Shown piece by piece: positions 56,115 to 64,000 of a stretch of 64,000 bases of DNA. The notes under the pieces are model-generated. The model saw nothing but the letters and a program-made list of their open reading frames with translations. It did not search any database and was not told where the DNA came from. The position numbers and the translations under genes are program-made. Numbering within the stretch: the first letter of the stretch is position 1; the number at the start of each line of letters is the position of its first letter. The stretch is from an uncultured Solirubrobacterales bacterium (GTDB lineage Bacteria; Actinomycetota; Thermoleophilia; Solirubrobacterales; 70-9): positions 72,959 through 136,958 of the forward strand of contig CAVWCU010000001.1 in the NCBI GenBank assembly GCA_963753585.1. The letters run 5' to 3'.

Positions 56115-59100
56115 TTGTCCGATACCCAGTCCCGTGAGCTTCACGGCGAGGGCCCCGTCCGCTACTCGCCAGAGCGCGCCTACCGGCCGCTTGTCTCTCC
56201 GCCCAGCGTCGAGGACAAGGACGCGTGCGCGATCTATGCGTCCGTGCGCAAGGACGCGACGCCGAGCCACGCGCCCATCGAGCTGGCGATCCCGGCCCTG
56301 CAGAAGATGCTCCACCGTGCCGGCAACGTCGACGGCGAGGGCGACGGCTGCGGGCTGCTGCTCGACCTGCCGCGCAAGATCTGGGCCGAGGAGGTCCGCT
56401 CGGGGGGGCACGACCCCTCGCTCACCCTTGACGACGCCTTCGCCGTCGCCCACGTCTTCATTGAGCGCTCCCAGGACCGCGAGCGGATCCAGCACGATGC
56501 CCGCGAGCTGCTCGGCCAGGGCGGCTTCCGCATCCTTGCCGAGCGGATCGGCGTCGTCGACTCCTCGGCGCTCGGCCCGACCGCGCGCGAGGAGGAGCCC
56601 CACTTCTGGCAGCTCGCCGGCCTCGTCGCCGATGCCTCTCGCCGCGACCGCGTCCTCTTCGACCTGCTGATCGAGCTGGAGGAGAGGCTGGGGGTCCACG
56701 TTCCCTCCTTCTCCGCCACCACCTGCGTCTACAAGGTGATGGGGGCGCCCAGGGTGCTCGGCGCGTACTACCCGGACCTCCTCGACGAGCGCTTCGAGAC
56801 GATCGGCTGCTTCGGCCACAACCGCTACTCGACCAACACCTGGCCCTCGTTCAAGCGCGTGCAGCCGTTCTCGGTGCTCGGCCACAACGGCGAGATCAAC
56901 ACGATCGCGCAGCTGCGCCAGGAGGCGAAGATGCTCGGCGTGCCGATCCATCCCGACGGCTCGGACTCCCAGGACCTCAATCGCACGATCGACACCCTCG
57001 TCAGCCGTGACGGCCTCAGCCTCGCCGAGGCGATGGAGATGGTGGTGCCGCCGATCGTCGAGGAGATCCGCTCGCTGCCCGAGGACCTGCGCCCGTTCTA
57101 CATGTACCTGCGCCAGGCGATGGGCCCGTTCGCCCAGGGCCCTGTCGCGCTGATCGCCCGCCACGCCGAGGAGTGCGTGTTCTCCTCCGACGCTCTCGGC
57201 CTGCGGCCGCTGTGGCAGGTCGAGACCGGTGAGGACTTCGTCTTCAGCTCCGAGCCTGGCGTCGTCCCCGTCGCGGCGATGGTCTCCGAGCCCAAGCCGC
57301 TCGCCCCGGGCGAGAAGGCGCTGGTGCTGATCAACCGCTCCGCCAAGCGCTCCACCCTCCACGCCCATGACGAGATGTTGCGCATCGTCCGCAAGAGCTG
57401 GCTGCGCCGAAACGGCATCGAGGCGCTCGCCGACTACGGTCGCGCCCTGGAGTCCGGCGGCCCGCTCGAGGGCGAAGAGGTCCCCGGCTACTCCGACGCC
57501 GGCCCCGAGGAGCCGGTCAAGGTTGCAGACCGCGTCCTCGCCGGCTTCGGCTGGCAGCGCGACGACGTCAAACTCGTCCAGCAGATGGCCTCCAACGGGT
57601 CCGAGCCGGTTGGCTCGCTCGGCTACGACGGTCCTCTGGCCGCGCTCTCGCCGGAGCGCCAGAACCTCGCCGACTACTTCAAGGAGACGGTCGCCGTCGT
57701 CACCAACCCGGCGATCGACCGCGAACGCGAGATGGAGCACTTCTCGACCCGAACGGTCTTCGGCCGCCGCCCCTCGATCGACGCCGCCGGCGTGGACACG
57801 GGCACGGTCGAGACCGCGTTCCCGGTGATCCTCGGCGGCCACCACGGCCTGGCGCCGCTCTCCGACAAGACCTACCGGGCGATCGCGCGCAAGCACCGGA
57901 CCTACCTGCTCGAGGATCTCTGGGAGGAGTTCCGCGGTCGCGCCGACGCGCTCGACATCTCCCTGCTCGAGTCCGAGACCACGCAGGGCGCGATCGAGCG
58001 GATCAAGCAGGAAGCGGTGAAGAAGGTTCGCGACGGAGCCGAGCTGCTCGTGCTCACCGATCGCACCGTCTATGACGCCGACCGCCGCTACCTCGACCCC
58101 CACCTGGCCACCTCGGCGGTCGACCAGGCGCTGAAGGGATTCAGGGTCGAGGCCGGCGAAGAGAACCTGCGCCGGCGCTGCGGCGTCGTCCTGCGCTCGG
58201 CGGCGATCCGCAACGTCCACGACACGATGCTCGCCCTCGGTCTCGGCGCCAACGGCGTCTGCCCGTACACGATGGTCGAGGTCGTCTGCGTCGAGGACTA
58301 CGAGAAAGACGTCTCCAACCTCTGTGACGCGCTCACCAAGGGGATGGAGAAAGTGATCTCGACGATCGGGATCCACGAGGTGCGCGGCTATGCGCGCCAG
58401 TTCTCCTCCATCGGCGTCAAGCCGGAGCTGGCCGAGATCTTCATGACCGAGGCCTTCGCCGCCTCGGAGTCCGGCGGCGTCGGCTTCACCGGCCTCGACG
58501 AGGACACCAACGAGCGCGCTCGCATCCTCGCCGGCGAGGGGGAGGCCAAACCGGCGAAGACGTTCCGCTTCTACCCCAAGGTCTACAAGGCCGCGATAGC
58601 CACCGCGAACGGTTCGGGCTCCTACGAGGAATACTCGGAGAAAGTGCGCGATCTCGAGCGGCAGAGCCCGATCTCGATGCGCCACGTCATGGGCCTGAAG
58701 GGAGACCGCGACCCGGTCGACCCGGCCGGCGTCGACGCCGGGGTCGGCCGCCACGACTACCCGGTCGTGATCTCCTCGATGAGCTTCGGCTCGCAGTCCG
58801 AGCCGGCCTTCCGCGCCTACGCCGAGGCGGCGAAGGCGATCAACGTCCTCTGCGTCAACGGCGAGGGCGGCGAGATCCGCGACATGTACGGCCACTACCG
58901 CAAGTGGCGTGGCCAGCAGGTCGCCTCCGGCCGCTTCGGCGTCTCGGCGGAGATGCTCAACTCCTCCTACCTCGCCGAGATCAAGATCGGCCAGGGCGCG
59001 AAGCCCGGTGAGGGCGGCCACCTGCCCGGCAAGAAGGTCTCCGAGAAGGTCGCCGCTGCCCGTAACGCGGCGCCCGGCACCGACCTGATTTCTCCCTCCA

Positions 59101-60785
59101 ACAACCACGACCTCTACTCGATCGAGGACCTCGCCGAGCTGATCGACGAGCTGAAGACCGTCAATCCCGACGTGCGGGTCTCGGTCAAGGTCCCGGTGGT
59201 GCCGAACATCGGCACGATCGGCCTCGGCATCGCCAAGGCCGGTGCCGACATCATCACCCTCTCGGGCTTCGAGGGCGGCACCGGCGCCGCTCGCCAGCAC
59301 GCGCTGCGTCACGTCGGCCTGCCCTCCGACATCGGCACCCGGGCGGTGCACAGGGCGCTGATGGAGGCCGGCATCCGCAACCGGGTCGAGATCTGGGCCG
59401 ACGGTGGCTACCGCCACGGCCACGACATCGTCAAGCTGCACTGCCTCGGCGCCAACCGGGTCGGCTTCGGCACCCTGGCGATGGTCAGCCTCGGCTGCAC
59501 GATCTGCCGCGGTTGCCAGCTCGACACCTGTCACGTCGGCATCGCGACGCAGATCGAGACGGTCGAGCAGGCGCAGGAGCACGGCCTGAAGAAGTTCACG
59601 CCGCAGGAGATCGACACGGCCGCGGAGAGCTGCGCCCGTTTCTTCTCGGCGATGGGCGAGGAGGTCAAGCAGGTCGTCGCCTCGCTCGGCTACGAGCGTG
59701 CCCAGGACCTGGTCGGCCGCTACGACCTGCTCGAGCAGGTCTCCCACCACGAGACCCTTGACCTGGCGTCGCTGATCACGCCGCTGGAGGAGTTCCTCGA
59801 CCTCGAGCCGCTCGATCTGCCGGTGGCGGAGGAGATGGCGGAGGAGCGGGCCGAGGCGGGCCTAGTCGTTGCCCGGCCGATCCGCATGGAGCCCAAGCAG
59901 GCCTCGACCCAGATCGCTGGCCTGGCCGGCGATATCTGCTCCGGCCGCACGATCCGCAACGAGTTCCCTCGCGCTACCGACGCCAACGACCGTGTGCTCG
60001 GCACCGAGCTGTCGGGTGCGATCGCGCGCTCGCGGATCTTCGAGGACGGGCCGGAATCGAATGACGACGTGCTCGCCAGCCTCGAGTTCAACGGCGGCTC
60101 GGTCGCCGGCCAGGGCTTCGGCGCCTTCAACGCCTACGGTGTCTCGATCCGGGTCGAGGGCGGTGCCCAGGACGGCGTCGGCAAGACCATGCTCGGCGGC
60201 AGCGTCGCCGTGCTGAAGGGCAAGGGCGCAAAGGGCAAGCGGCTGAACGGGTCGGTCGGCAAGTCCTTCGCCTACGGCGCCCAGCGCGGCCGCCTCTTCG
60301 TCCAAGGGTCTGCCGACTCGCGCTTCTGCATCCGCCTCTCCGGTGCCGACGTCGTCCTCGCCGGGGAGCCCGAGGAGGACATCGACGACGGCCGCGGCTG
60401 CATCGTCGACCGCGCCAATGCCAAGGGCTTCGCCTTCGAGTACATGACCTCGGGCCGGGCGATCGTCCTCGGCGACCTCGGTCCCTGGGCCTGCGCGGGC
60501 ATGACCGGCGGCCGCGTCTACGTCCGCCACAACGCCTTCGGCATCGACCGCGAGGCGATTGTGCGGCGCCTGGGCGAGGGGGCCAAGGTCGAGCTGAAAG
60601 AGCTCGACGCCGAGGGCCTGCTCGACGTCGACGACCTGCTCGCCGGCTACGCGAAGGAACTGCGGGCGACCGGACAGGACGAGGAGGCTGAGCGAGTCGT
60701 CGGCCTCGCGGCCGACGCGGCCGAGAACTTCCTCATGGTCGTACCGCACAAGGTCCAGGCTGACCCCAGCATCTCGACCGAGTAG
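56115..60785 (+). CDS. gltB: Glutamate synthase large-subunit-like protein (GATase-2, central, FMN/Fe-S and GXGXG domains)
   Basis: The ORF is open from 56061. TTG 56115 lies 5 nt after GGGAGG and is preferred. Amidotransferase Cys in DACAIYASV, NRYSTNT, the FMN domain (ISSMSFG, GEGG), CxxxxxC...C cluster residues, and the C-terminal GXGXG beta-helix. No gltD is adjacent. Confidence 0.88.
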   Translation: MSDTQSRELHGEGPVRYSPERAYRPLVSPPSVEDKDACAIYASVRKDATPSHAPIELAIPALQKMLHRAGNVDGEGDGCGLLLDLPRKIWAEEVRSGGHDPSLTLDDAFAVAHVFIERSQDRERIQHDARELLGQGGFRILAERIGVVDSSALGPTAREEEPHFWQLAGLVADASRRDRVLFDLLIELEERLGVHVPSFSATTCVYKVMGAPRVLGAYYPDLLDERFETIGCFGHNRYSTNTWPSFKRVQPFSVLGHNGEINTIAQLRQEAKMLGVPIHPDGSDSQDLNRTIDTLVSRDGLSLAEAMEMVVPPIVEEIRSLPEDLRPFYMYLRQAMGPFAQGPVALIARHAEECVFSSDALGLRPLWQVETGEDFVFSSEPGVVPVAAMVSEPKPLAPGEKALVLINRSAKRSTLHAHDEMLRIVRKSWLRRNGIEALADYGRALESGGPLEGEEVPGYSDAGPEEPVKVADRVLAGFGWQRDDVKLVQQMASNGSEPVGSLGYDGPLAALSPERQNLADYFKETVAVVTNPAIDREREMEHFSTRTVFGRRPSIDAAGVDTGTVETAFPVILGGHHGLAPLSDKTYRAIARKHRTYLLEDLWEEFRGRADALDISLLESETTQGAIERIKQEAVKKVRDGAELLVLTDRTVYDADRRYLDPHLATSAVDQALKGFRVEAGEENLRRRCGVVLRSAAIRNVHDTMLALGLGANGVCPYTMVEVVCVEDYEKDVSNLCDALTKGMEKVISTIGIHEVRGYARQFSSIGVKPELAEIFMTEAFAASESGGVGFTGLDEDTNERARILAGEGEAKPAKTFRFYPKVYKAAIATANGSGSYEEYSEKVRDLERQSPISMRHVMGLKGDRDPVDPAGVDAGVGRHDYPVVISSMSFGSQSEPAFRAYAEAAKAINVLCVNGEGGEIRDMYGHYRKWRGQQVASGRFGVSAEMLNSSYLAEIKIGQGAKPGEGGHLPGKKVSEKVAAARNAAPGTDLISPSNNHDLYSIEDLAELIDELKTVNPDVRVSVKVPVVPNIGTIGLGIAKAGADIITLSGFEGGTGAARQHALRHVGLPSDIGTRAVHRALMEAGIRNRVEIWADGGYRHGHDIVKLHCLGANRVGFGTLAMVSLGCTICRGCQLDTCHVGIATQIETVEQAQEHGLKKFTPQEIDTAAESCARFFSAMGEEVKQVVASLGYERAQDLVGRYDLLEQVSHHETLDLASLITPLEEFLDLEPLDLPVAEEMAEERAEAGLVVARPIRMEPKQASTQIAGLAGDICSGRTIRNEFPRATDANDRVLGTELSGAIARSRIFEDGPESNDDVLASLEFNGGSVAGQGFGAFNAYGVSIRVEGGAQDGVGKTMLGGSVAVLKGKGAKGKRLNGSVGKSFAYGAQRGRLFVQGSADSRFCIRLSGADVVLAGEPEEDIDDGRGCIVDRANAKGFAFEYMTSGRAIVLGDLGPWACAGMTGGRVYVRHNAFGIDREAIVRRLGEGAKVELKELDAEGLLDVDDLLAGYAKELRATGQDEEAERVVGLAADAAENFLMVVPHKVQADPSISTE

Positions 60786-60789
60786 TCCT

Positions 60790-60898
60790 CAGAGAACAGC
60801 GGGCACCCCTCCGACGGAACACGCTGCCCGGACTTGATGAAGCTATCGGCGCCTTCTCAGCTCACAAGTTCCGCTGGAGGGGTGCCCGCTGTTCTCTG
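60790..60898 (+). repeat. Hairpin element E, copy E1
   Basis: Perfect 23-nt arms CAGAGAACAGCGGGCACCCCTCC and GGAGGGGTGCCCGCTGTTCTCTG around a 63-nt loop. Begins 5 nt after the gltB stop. Confidence 0.88.
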
Positions 60899-61005
60899 GC
60901 GCTGCGGTTGAGATGCTCAGGCTCCTGGGCTGTTCAGCTTGCGTCGCGAGATGGCTTTCACGCGAGCTGGAGCCGTCACGTCCGGCCTTTGTCGAGAGCT
61001 TGGGA

Positions 61006-61104
61006 GGGCCGGGGAGGGCCCTTCTGAGGAACTTGTGAGACAACGGCGGTTGGAGGTCCACCATGTCCTGGTGGCGTGTTCCGCAGAAGGGCCCTCCCCG
61101 GCCC
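61006..61104 (-). repeat. Hairpin element E, copy E2 (inverted relative to E1)
   Basis: Perfect 21-nt arms GGGCCGGGGAGGGCCCTTCTG and CAGAAGGGCCCTCCCCGGCCC. The loop starts GGAACTTGTGAG, the reverse complement of CTCACAAGTTCC in the E1 loop. Confidence 0.85.
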
Positions 61105-61107
61105 CTG

Positions 61108-61530
61108 CTACCGCGCAGCTGTCAACAAATCCGCGATCGCGCGGATCTCGAGGAGGAGGCCGTCGAGCATCTTCTCGGTGTTGGTGTGAATGCGCCACTC
61201 GGCGTACTGGCGGTCTTGCTCGACTTGGTCCAAGCGTTGCTCCAGGGCTTCGGCGTGGGCGGCGACTTTGTCGATGCGCTTGCCGAGGCGCTTCTCGGCC
61301 TTGCGGATGCGGCGCTTCAGCAGAGCGTTGCTCTCGTCGCGGATCGCATCCAGCTCGCGGCGGAGATCCGGGCCGTTGATCGTGTGCTCCTGCTCGGCGA
61401 GCATCTCCTCGACGCCGACGCGAACCCGCTCGATCTCCTCATGGAGGCGTTCTCGCGCCCGCTCGGCGGCCACCTCGGGTGGCTCGGGTGCGGGGTCGCC
61501 TGGGGTCGGGTACCGGTCCACCACCCCCAT
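61108..61530 (-). CDS. Coiled-coil protein of unknown function
   Basis: 140 aa, charged heptad-rich sequence. Lies directly downstream of the FHA gene on the same strand. Confidence 0.5.
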   Translation of the reverse strand: MGVVDRYPTPGDPAPEPPEVAAERARERLHEEIERVRVGVEEMLAEQEHTINGPDLRRELDAIRDESNALLKRRIRKAEKRLGKRIDKVAAHAEALEQRLDQVEQDRQYAEWRIHTNTEKMLDGLLLEIRAIADLLTAAR

Positions 61531-61570
61531 GCTAGGGGCGGCGGTGGCCGGAAACTCGGTTTGGCCGGCG

Positions 61571-62206
61571 CTAGCGTTCCAGCGCGAACAGGCGGAAGCG
61601 GCCGATGGCCACCTCGTCGCCGTCCTCGACCCGTGCCCAATCGACGATCTCGCCGTTGAGGAAGACGCCGTTGAGGCTGCGGTCGTCGAGGATCCGCAGC
61701 GAGTCGGGCAGCTCCGAGACGATCAGGGCGTGGCGCCGAGACACGCTGGGGTCGTCGAGGCGGATGTCGGCGGCCGCGCTGCGGCCGATCCGCGTCCAGC
61801 CCTGCGCGATCGGCTGGACCTGGATGTCGCCGCCGTCCCCGCGCCATGCGAGGTGGCGGCCCGGGTGCGGCAGCATCTCTCGCGCCATGGCCAGCCAGCC
61901 GGAGCCGGTGGCAGCGCTCGGGATCGCCAGCTCCGCGGTTTGGCCGTGGCCGTGGTCCTGCATCTGCTCGAAGATCGAGTCGCGCTGGAACTCGGATCTC
62001 CCACAGCGGGGGCACTCGGGCATGCGATCGTTCTCGCGCAGCGAGAGCTGCGAACCGCACGAGGCACAGAAGTACGTTCCCGAACCTGGGATCGCACCCT
62101 CGTCGATGCTGTCAACGCTGATGCCGGGACTGACACTGGTAACGATGGGGTCTCCTTCCCGGCGCCTCCGGACGAAAATACTAGCGTTATGGCCGAGGTG
62201 CTGCAT
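61571..62206 (-). CDS. FHA-domain protein with N-terminal zinc ribbon
   Basis: Start set to ATG 62206 (MQHLGHN...). CASCG...CPRCG zinc ribbon. C-terminal FHA signature TRIGRS...DPSVSRRHALI...DDRSLNGVFLNG. Confidence 0.8.
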   Translation of the reverse strand: MQHLGHNASIFVRRRREGDPIVTSVSPGISVDSIDEGAIPGSGTYFCASCGSQLSLRENDRMPECPRCGRSEFQRDSIFEQMQDHGHGQTAELAIPSAATGSGWLAMAREMLPHPGRHLAWRGDGGDIQVQPIAQGWTRIGRSAAADIRLDDPSVSRRHALIVSELPDSLRILDDRSLNGVFLNGEIVDWARVEDGDEVAIGRFRLFALER

Positions 62207-62267
62207 CGGGGATTTTCCGCAGTGAGCGGGGTCGGCGGGCGCTAGCGCGCATAGAATCGCCCTCTCC

Positions 62268-62786
62268 ATGGGTCCCGTCAGCGCAGAGATCGAGATCGAC
62301 GTTCCACGCCAGAGCGCCTTCGACGCGATCGCCGATCTCTCCCTTCGGCCGGCTTTCACCGATCATTTCCTGACCGGTTTTCGCCTCACGCGGATCGAGT
62401 CCACGGGTGTTGGCGCCGGCGCGCGGTTTCGCATCGCCGTAAGGCCGAGGCGCGTCTGGGCGGACACGACGATCGTCGAGGCCGACGACCCCCACCGGCT
62501 GGTCGAGCATGGTCGCGGCGGTCGCGCCAACCGCATTCCGTCGACCACGCTCTGGGAGCTCACCGAGGGGCCGGGATCGCTGACGAAGGTCCGCGTCTCC
62601 TACTGGACCGAGCCCACGAGCCCCGTCGATCGCGCGCTCGAGATCCTCTCCGCCGCCTCGATCCCCTACGAGCGACGCTGGCGTCAGGCACTGCGCCGGC
62701 TGCGCGAGCAGCTCGAGTCCGGCGAGTTGGCCGCTCCGCGCATGGCCGTCGCCGGCGGCAACCCTCACGCGACCGGTATTCCCTGA
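62268..62786 (+). CDS. SRPBCC (START/polyketide cyclase-like) family protein
   Basis: 172 aa. N-terminal pattern SAEIEIDVPRQSAFDAIADL, typical of the SRPBCC fold. Confidence 0.68.
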   Translation: MGPVSAEIEIDVPRQSAFDAIADLSLRPAFTDHFLTGFRLTRIESTGVGAGARFRIAVRPRRVWADTTIVEADDPHRLVEHGRGGRANRIPSTTLWELTEGPGSLTKVRVSYWTEPTSPVDRALEILSAASIPYERRWRQALRRLREQLESGELAAPRMAVAGGNPHATGIP

Positions 62787-62816
62787 TCAAAAGCTTTCTA
62801 TAGGCTCTCGCCGCCG

Positions 62817-63365
62817 ATGTCCCGCCGTCACCGACTCGTCCAGCCTCTGCTCGCCGCGCTCGTCCTGGCTGCGCTGGTGCTCCTCGTTTCGGCGTGCGGC
62901 TACGAGAGCCATGAGACCGAGGTGGTCGAGGGCGAGCCGGTTGAGCTCGGAGAGCTCAGCTACAACGTGACCTTCTCCCGCTTCCTCAACCCGAACGACA
63001 ACGAGGACTCGGCGTATCTCGTCGGCCAGCCGCCCGCGCCCGAGGGCTCCTCCTACTTCGGCGTCTTCTTCGAAGTCCAGAACGAGAGCGAAGAGCCGCA
63101 GACCCTCGCCAAGTCGCTGACGATCGAAGACACCGACCACGAGACCTTCGACGCGATTCCGAGCGAGAGCCTCTACGCCCTGCCGCTCGGCGGCGAGGTC
63201 GAATCCCAGGAACAGATCCCGGTCCTCGACTCAACCCCCGAGCAGGGCCCGATCGAGGGCGCTCTGGTCCTCTTCGAGCTGCCCGAATCGGCCTCGCAAA
63301 ACCGCCCCCTGATCCTCCACATCCCAGGCCCCGGCGGCCCCGCAGAGGTCACCCTCGACCTGTAA
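62817..63365 (+). CDS. Lipoprotein, DUF4352-like
   Basis: 182 aa. Signal peptide with lipobox LVSAC. Beta-rich mature domain. Confidence 0.6.
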   Translation: MSRRHRLVQPLLAALVLAALVLLVSACGYESHETEVVEGEPVELGELSYNVTFSRFLNPNDNEDSAYLVGQPPAPEGSSYFGVFFEVQNESEEPQTLAKSLTIEDTDHETFDAIPSESLYALPLGGEVESQEQIPVLDSTPEQGPIEGALVLFELPESASQNRPLILHIPGPGGPAEVTLDL

Positions 63366-63379
63366 GCGGTGAGGGTTGG

Positions 63380-63522
63380 GGGGAGCCTGGCCGTCCTCCA
63401 GTCGAATTGAGCACCGCGCGTAAGCGCGGTGCAACAAGGAGCGCGGCCTAAACGGCCGCGCAAGCATCGGATTGCATTTCCGCCGCTTCGCGACATTCGC
63501 CTGGAGGACGGCCAGGCTCCCC
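63380..63522 (-). repeat. Hairpin unit B, copy B2 (inverted relative to B1)
   Basis: Perfect 22-nt arms GGGGAGCCTGGCCGTCCTCCAG and CTGGAGGACGGCCAGGCTCCCC. The interior matches the reverse complement of B1. Confidence 0.9.
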
Positions 63523-63641
63523 TCGACAGCTCCCGTGCCCCGGGCTGCGAGTTCCCAACGGGCACTACGAGCTAAGGACGCAAGAAGTCACGCGCCGGGG
63601 TTCCCGAGGCCTTGGGCTTTGAGCTTGCGTATGCCGTGAAG

Positions 63642-63717
63642 GGGCCGGCGGGTGCCCTCCCAAAAACACTCAAGCGAGGCTTCTGCCGAGCGTTTTTGGG
63701 AGGGCACCCGCCGGCCC
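63642..63717 (-). repeat. Hairpin unit C, copy C2 (inverted relative to C1)
   Basis: Perfect 26-nt arms GGGCCGGCGGGTGCCCTCCCAAAAAC and GTTTTTGGGAGGGCACCCGCCGGCCC. The loop ACTCAAGCG... is the reverse complement of the C1 loop end ...CGCTTGAGT. Confidence 0.88.
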
Positions 63718-63723
63718 AATCCC

Positions 63724-64000
63724 CTAGAGCCCAGCCGAGAGCACAGCGCTTGCGGCCGGCGCCGCGACTTCGCCGCCGGCCGCTTCGGCCTCGATCAGCA
63801 GCACCCCGACCGCAAGCCTCGGCTTTTCGGCGGGGGCAAAGGCGATGAACCATGCGTCTTTGCGCTGTTCGGGGTTCTCCGCGTCCTCTTGGCCCGGCTT
63901 GGGGCCGAGCTCGGCCGTGCCGGTCTTGCCCGCCACCTGTGCCTCGGCGATCGCGCCCGCGTAGCCGGTGCCGCCGGCCACGACGCCGACCATCAGTTCG
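63724..64000 (-). CDS. Penicillin-binding protein transpeptidase domain, C-terminal part (5' end outside window)
   Basis: KTGTA motif followed by AWFIAFAP, typical of class B PBPs. The frame stays open to the window edge. Confidence 0.8.
   Translation of the reverse strand, partial: ELMVGVVAGGTGYAGAIAEAQVAGKTGTAELGPKPGQEDAENPEQRKDAWFIAFAPAEKPRLAVGVLLIEAEAAGGEVAAPAASAVLSAGL

Noticed and set aside
56064-59750. 1228-aa minus-strand ORF opposite gltB
   Set aside because: Antisense to a four-domain glutamate synthase, with no motifs of its own: a GC artefact. The same applies to the many 100-500-aa overlapping ORFs in the track (for example 2029..3210, 6783..8771, 11479..12894, 22545..24014, 33251..34348, 38493..39656, 51033..52490).
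62207-62359. N-terminal extension of the FHA ORF (262-aa version)
   Set aside because: It would overlap the SRPBCC gene start head to head. ATG 62206 leaves a normal 61-nt divergent spacer and retains the zinc ribbon and FHA domain.

Overview
High-GC (roughly 70% by eye, not computed) bacterial chromosomal segment. The gene order matches the conserved Actinomycetota core region: hpt-ftsH-folP-folB-folK, coaX, dus, greA, lysS, clpC, disA-carD-ispD...ispF, cysS-rlmB. A Bacillus-type SigH-family sigma factor follows. The rest is mostly metabolic and envelope genes: an aromatic ring-cleavage pair, a plsC-gpsA fusion, an ECF sigma pair, a rhomboid protease, and a fatty-acid/acyl-CoA dehydrogenase cluster with an F420-type LLM oxidoreductase. 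It also holds a VapBC pair, czcD, an M23 peptidase, lysA-hom-thrC-thrB, a large orphan gltB-like gene, and the 3' end of a PBP gene. One tRNA-Thr(UGU) lies in a small low-GC islet next to a PD-(D/E)xK homing-endonuclease-like gene. No CRISPR array, rRNA, transposase or integrase is visible. The most unusual content is non-coding: almost every long intergenic gap holds a long GC-rich nested hairpin element that often starts within a few bases of a stop codon. These fall into at least three families. Family A/F has 4 copies, and the B and C units form a composite block present twice in inverted orientation 12.4 kb apart; family E has 2 copies. Copies differ by compensated base-pair changes in their stems, so they look like structure-constrained elements rather than ordinary MITEs. 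Whether they are mobile DNA, terminators or structured RNAs cannot be decided from this window. Many long antisense ORFs in the track are high-GC artefacts and are not annotated.
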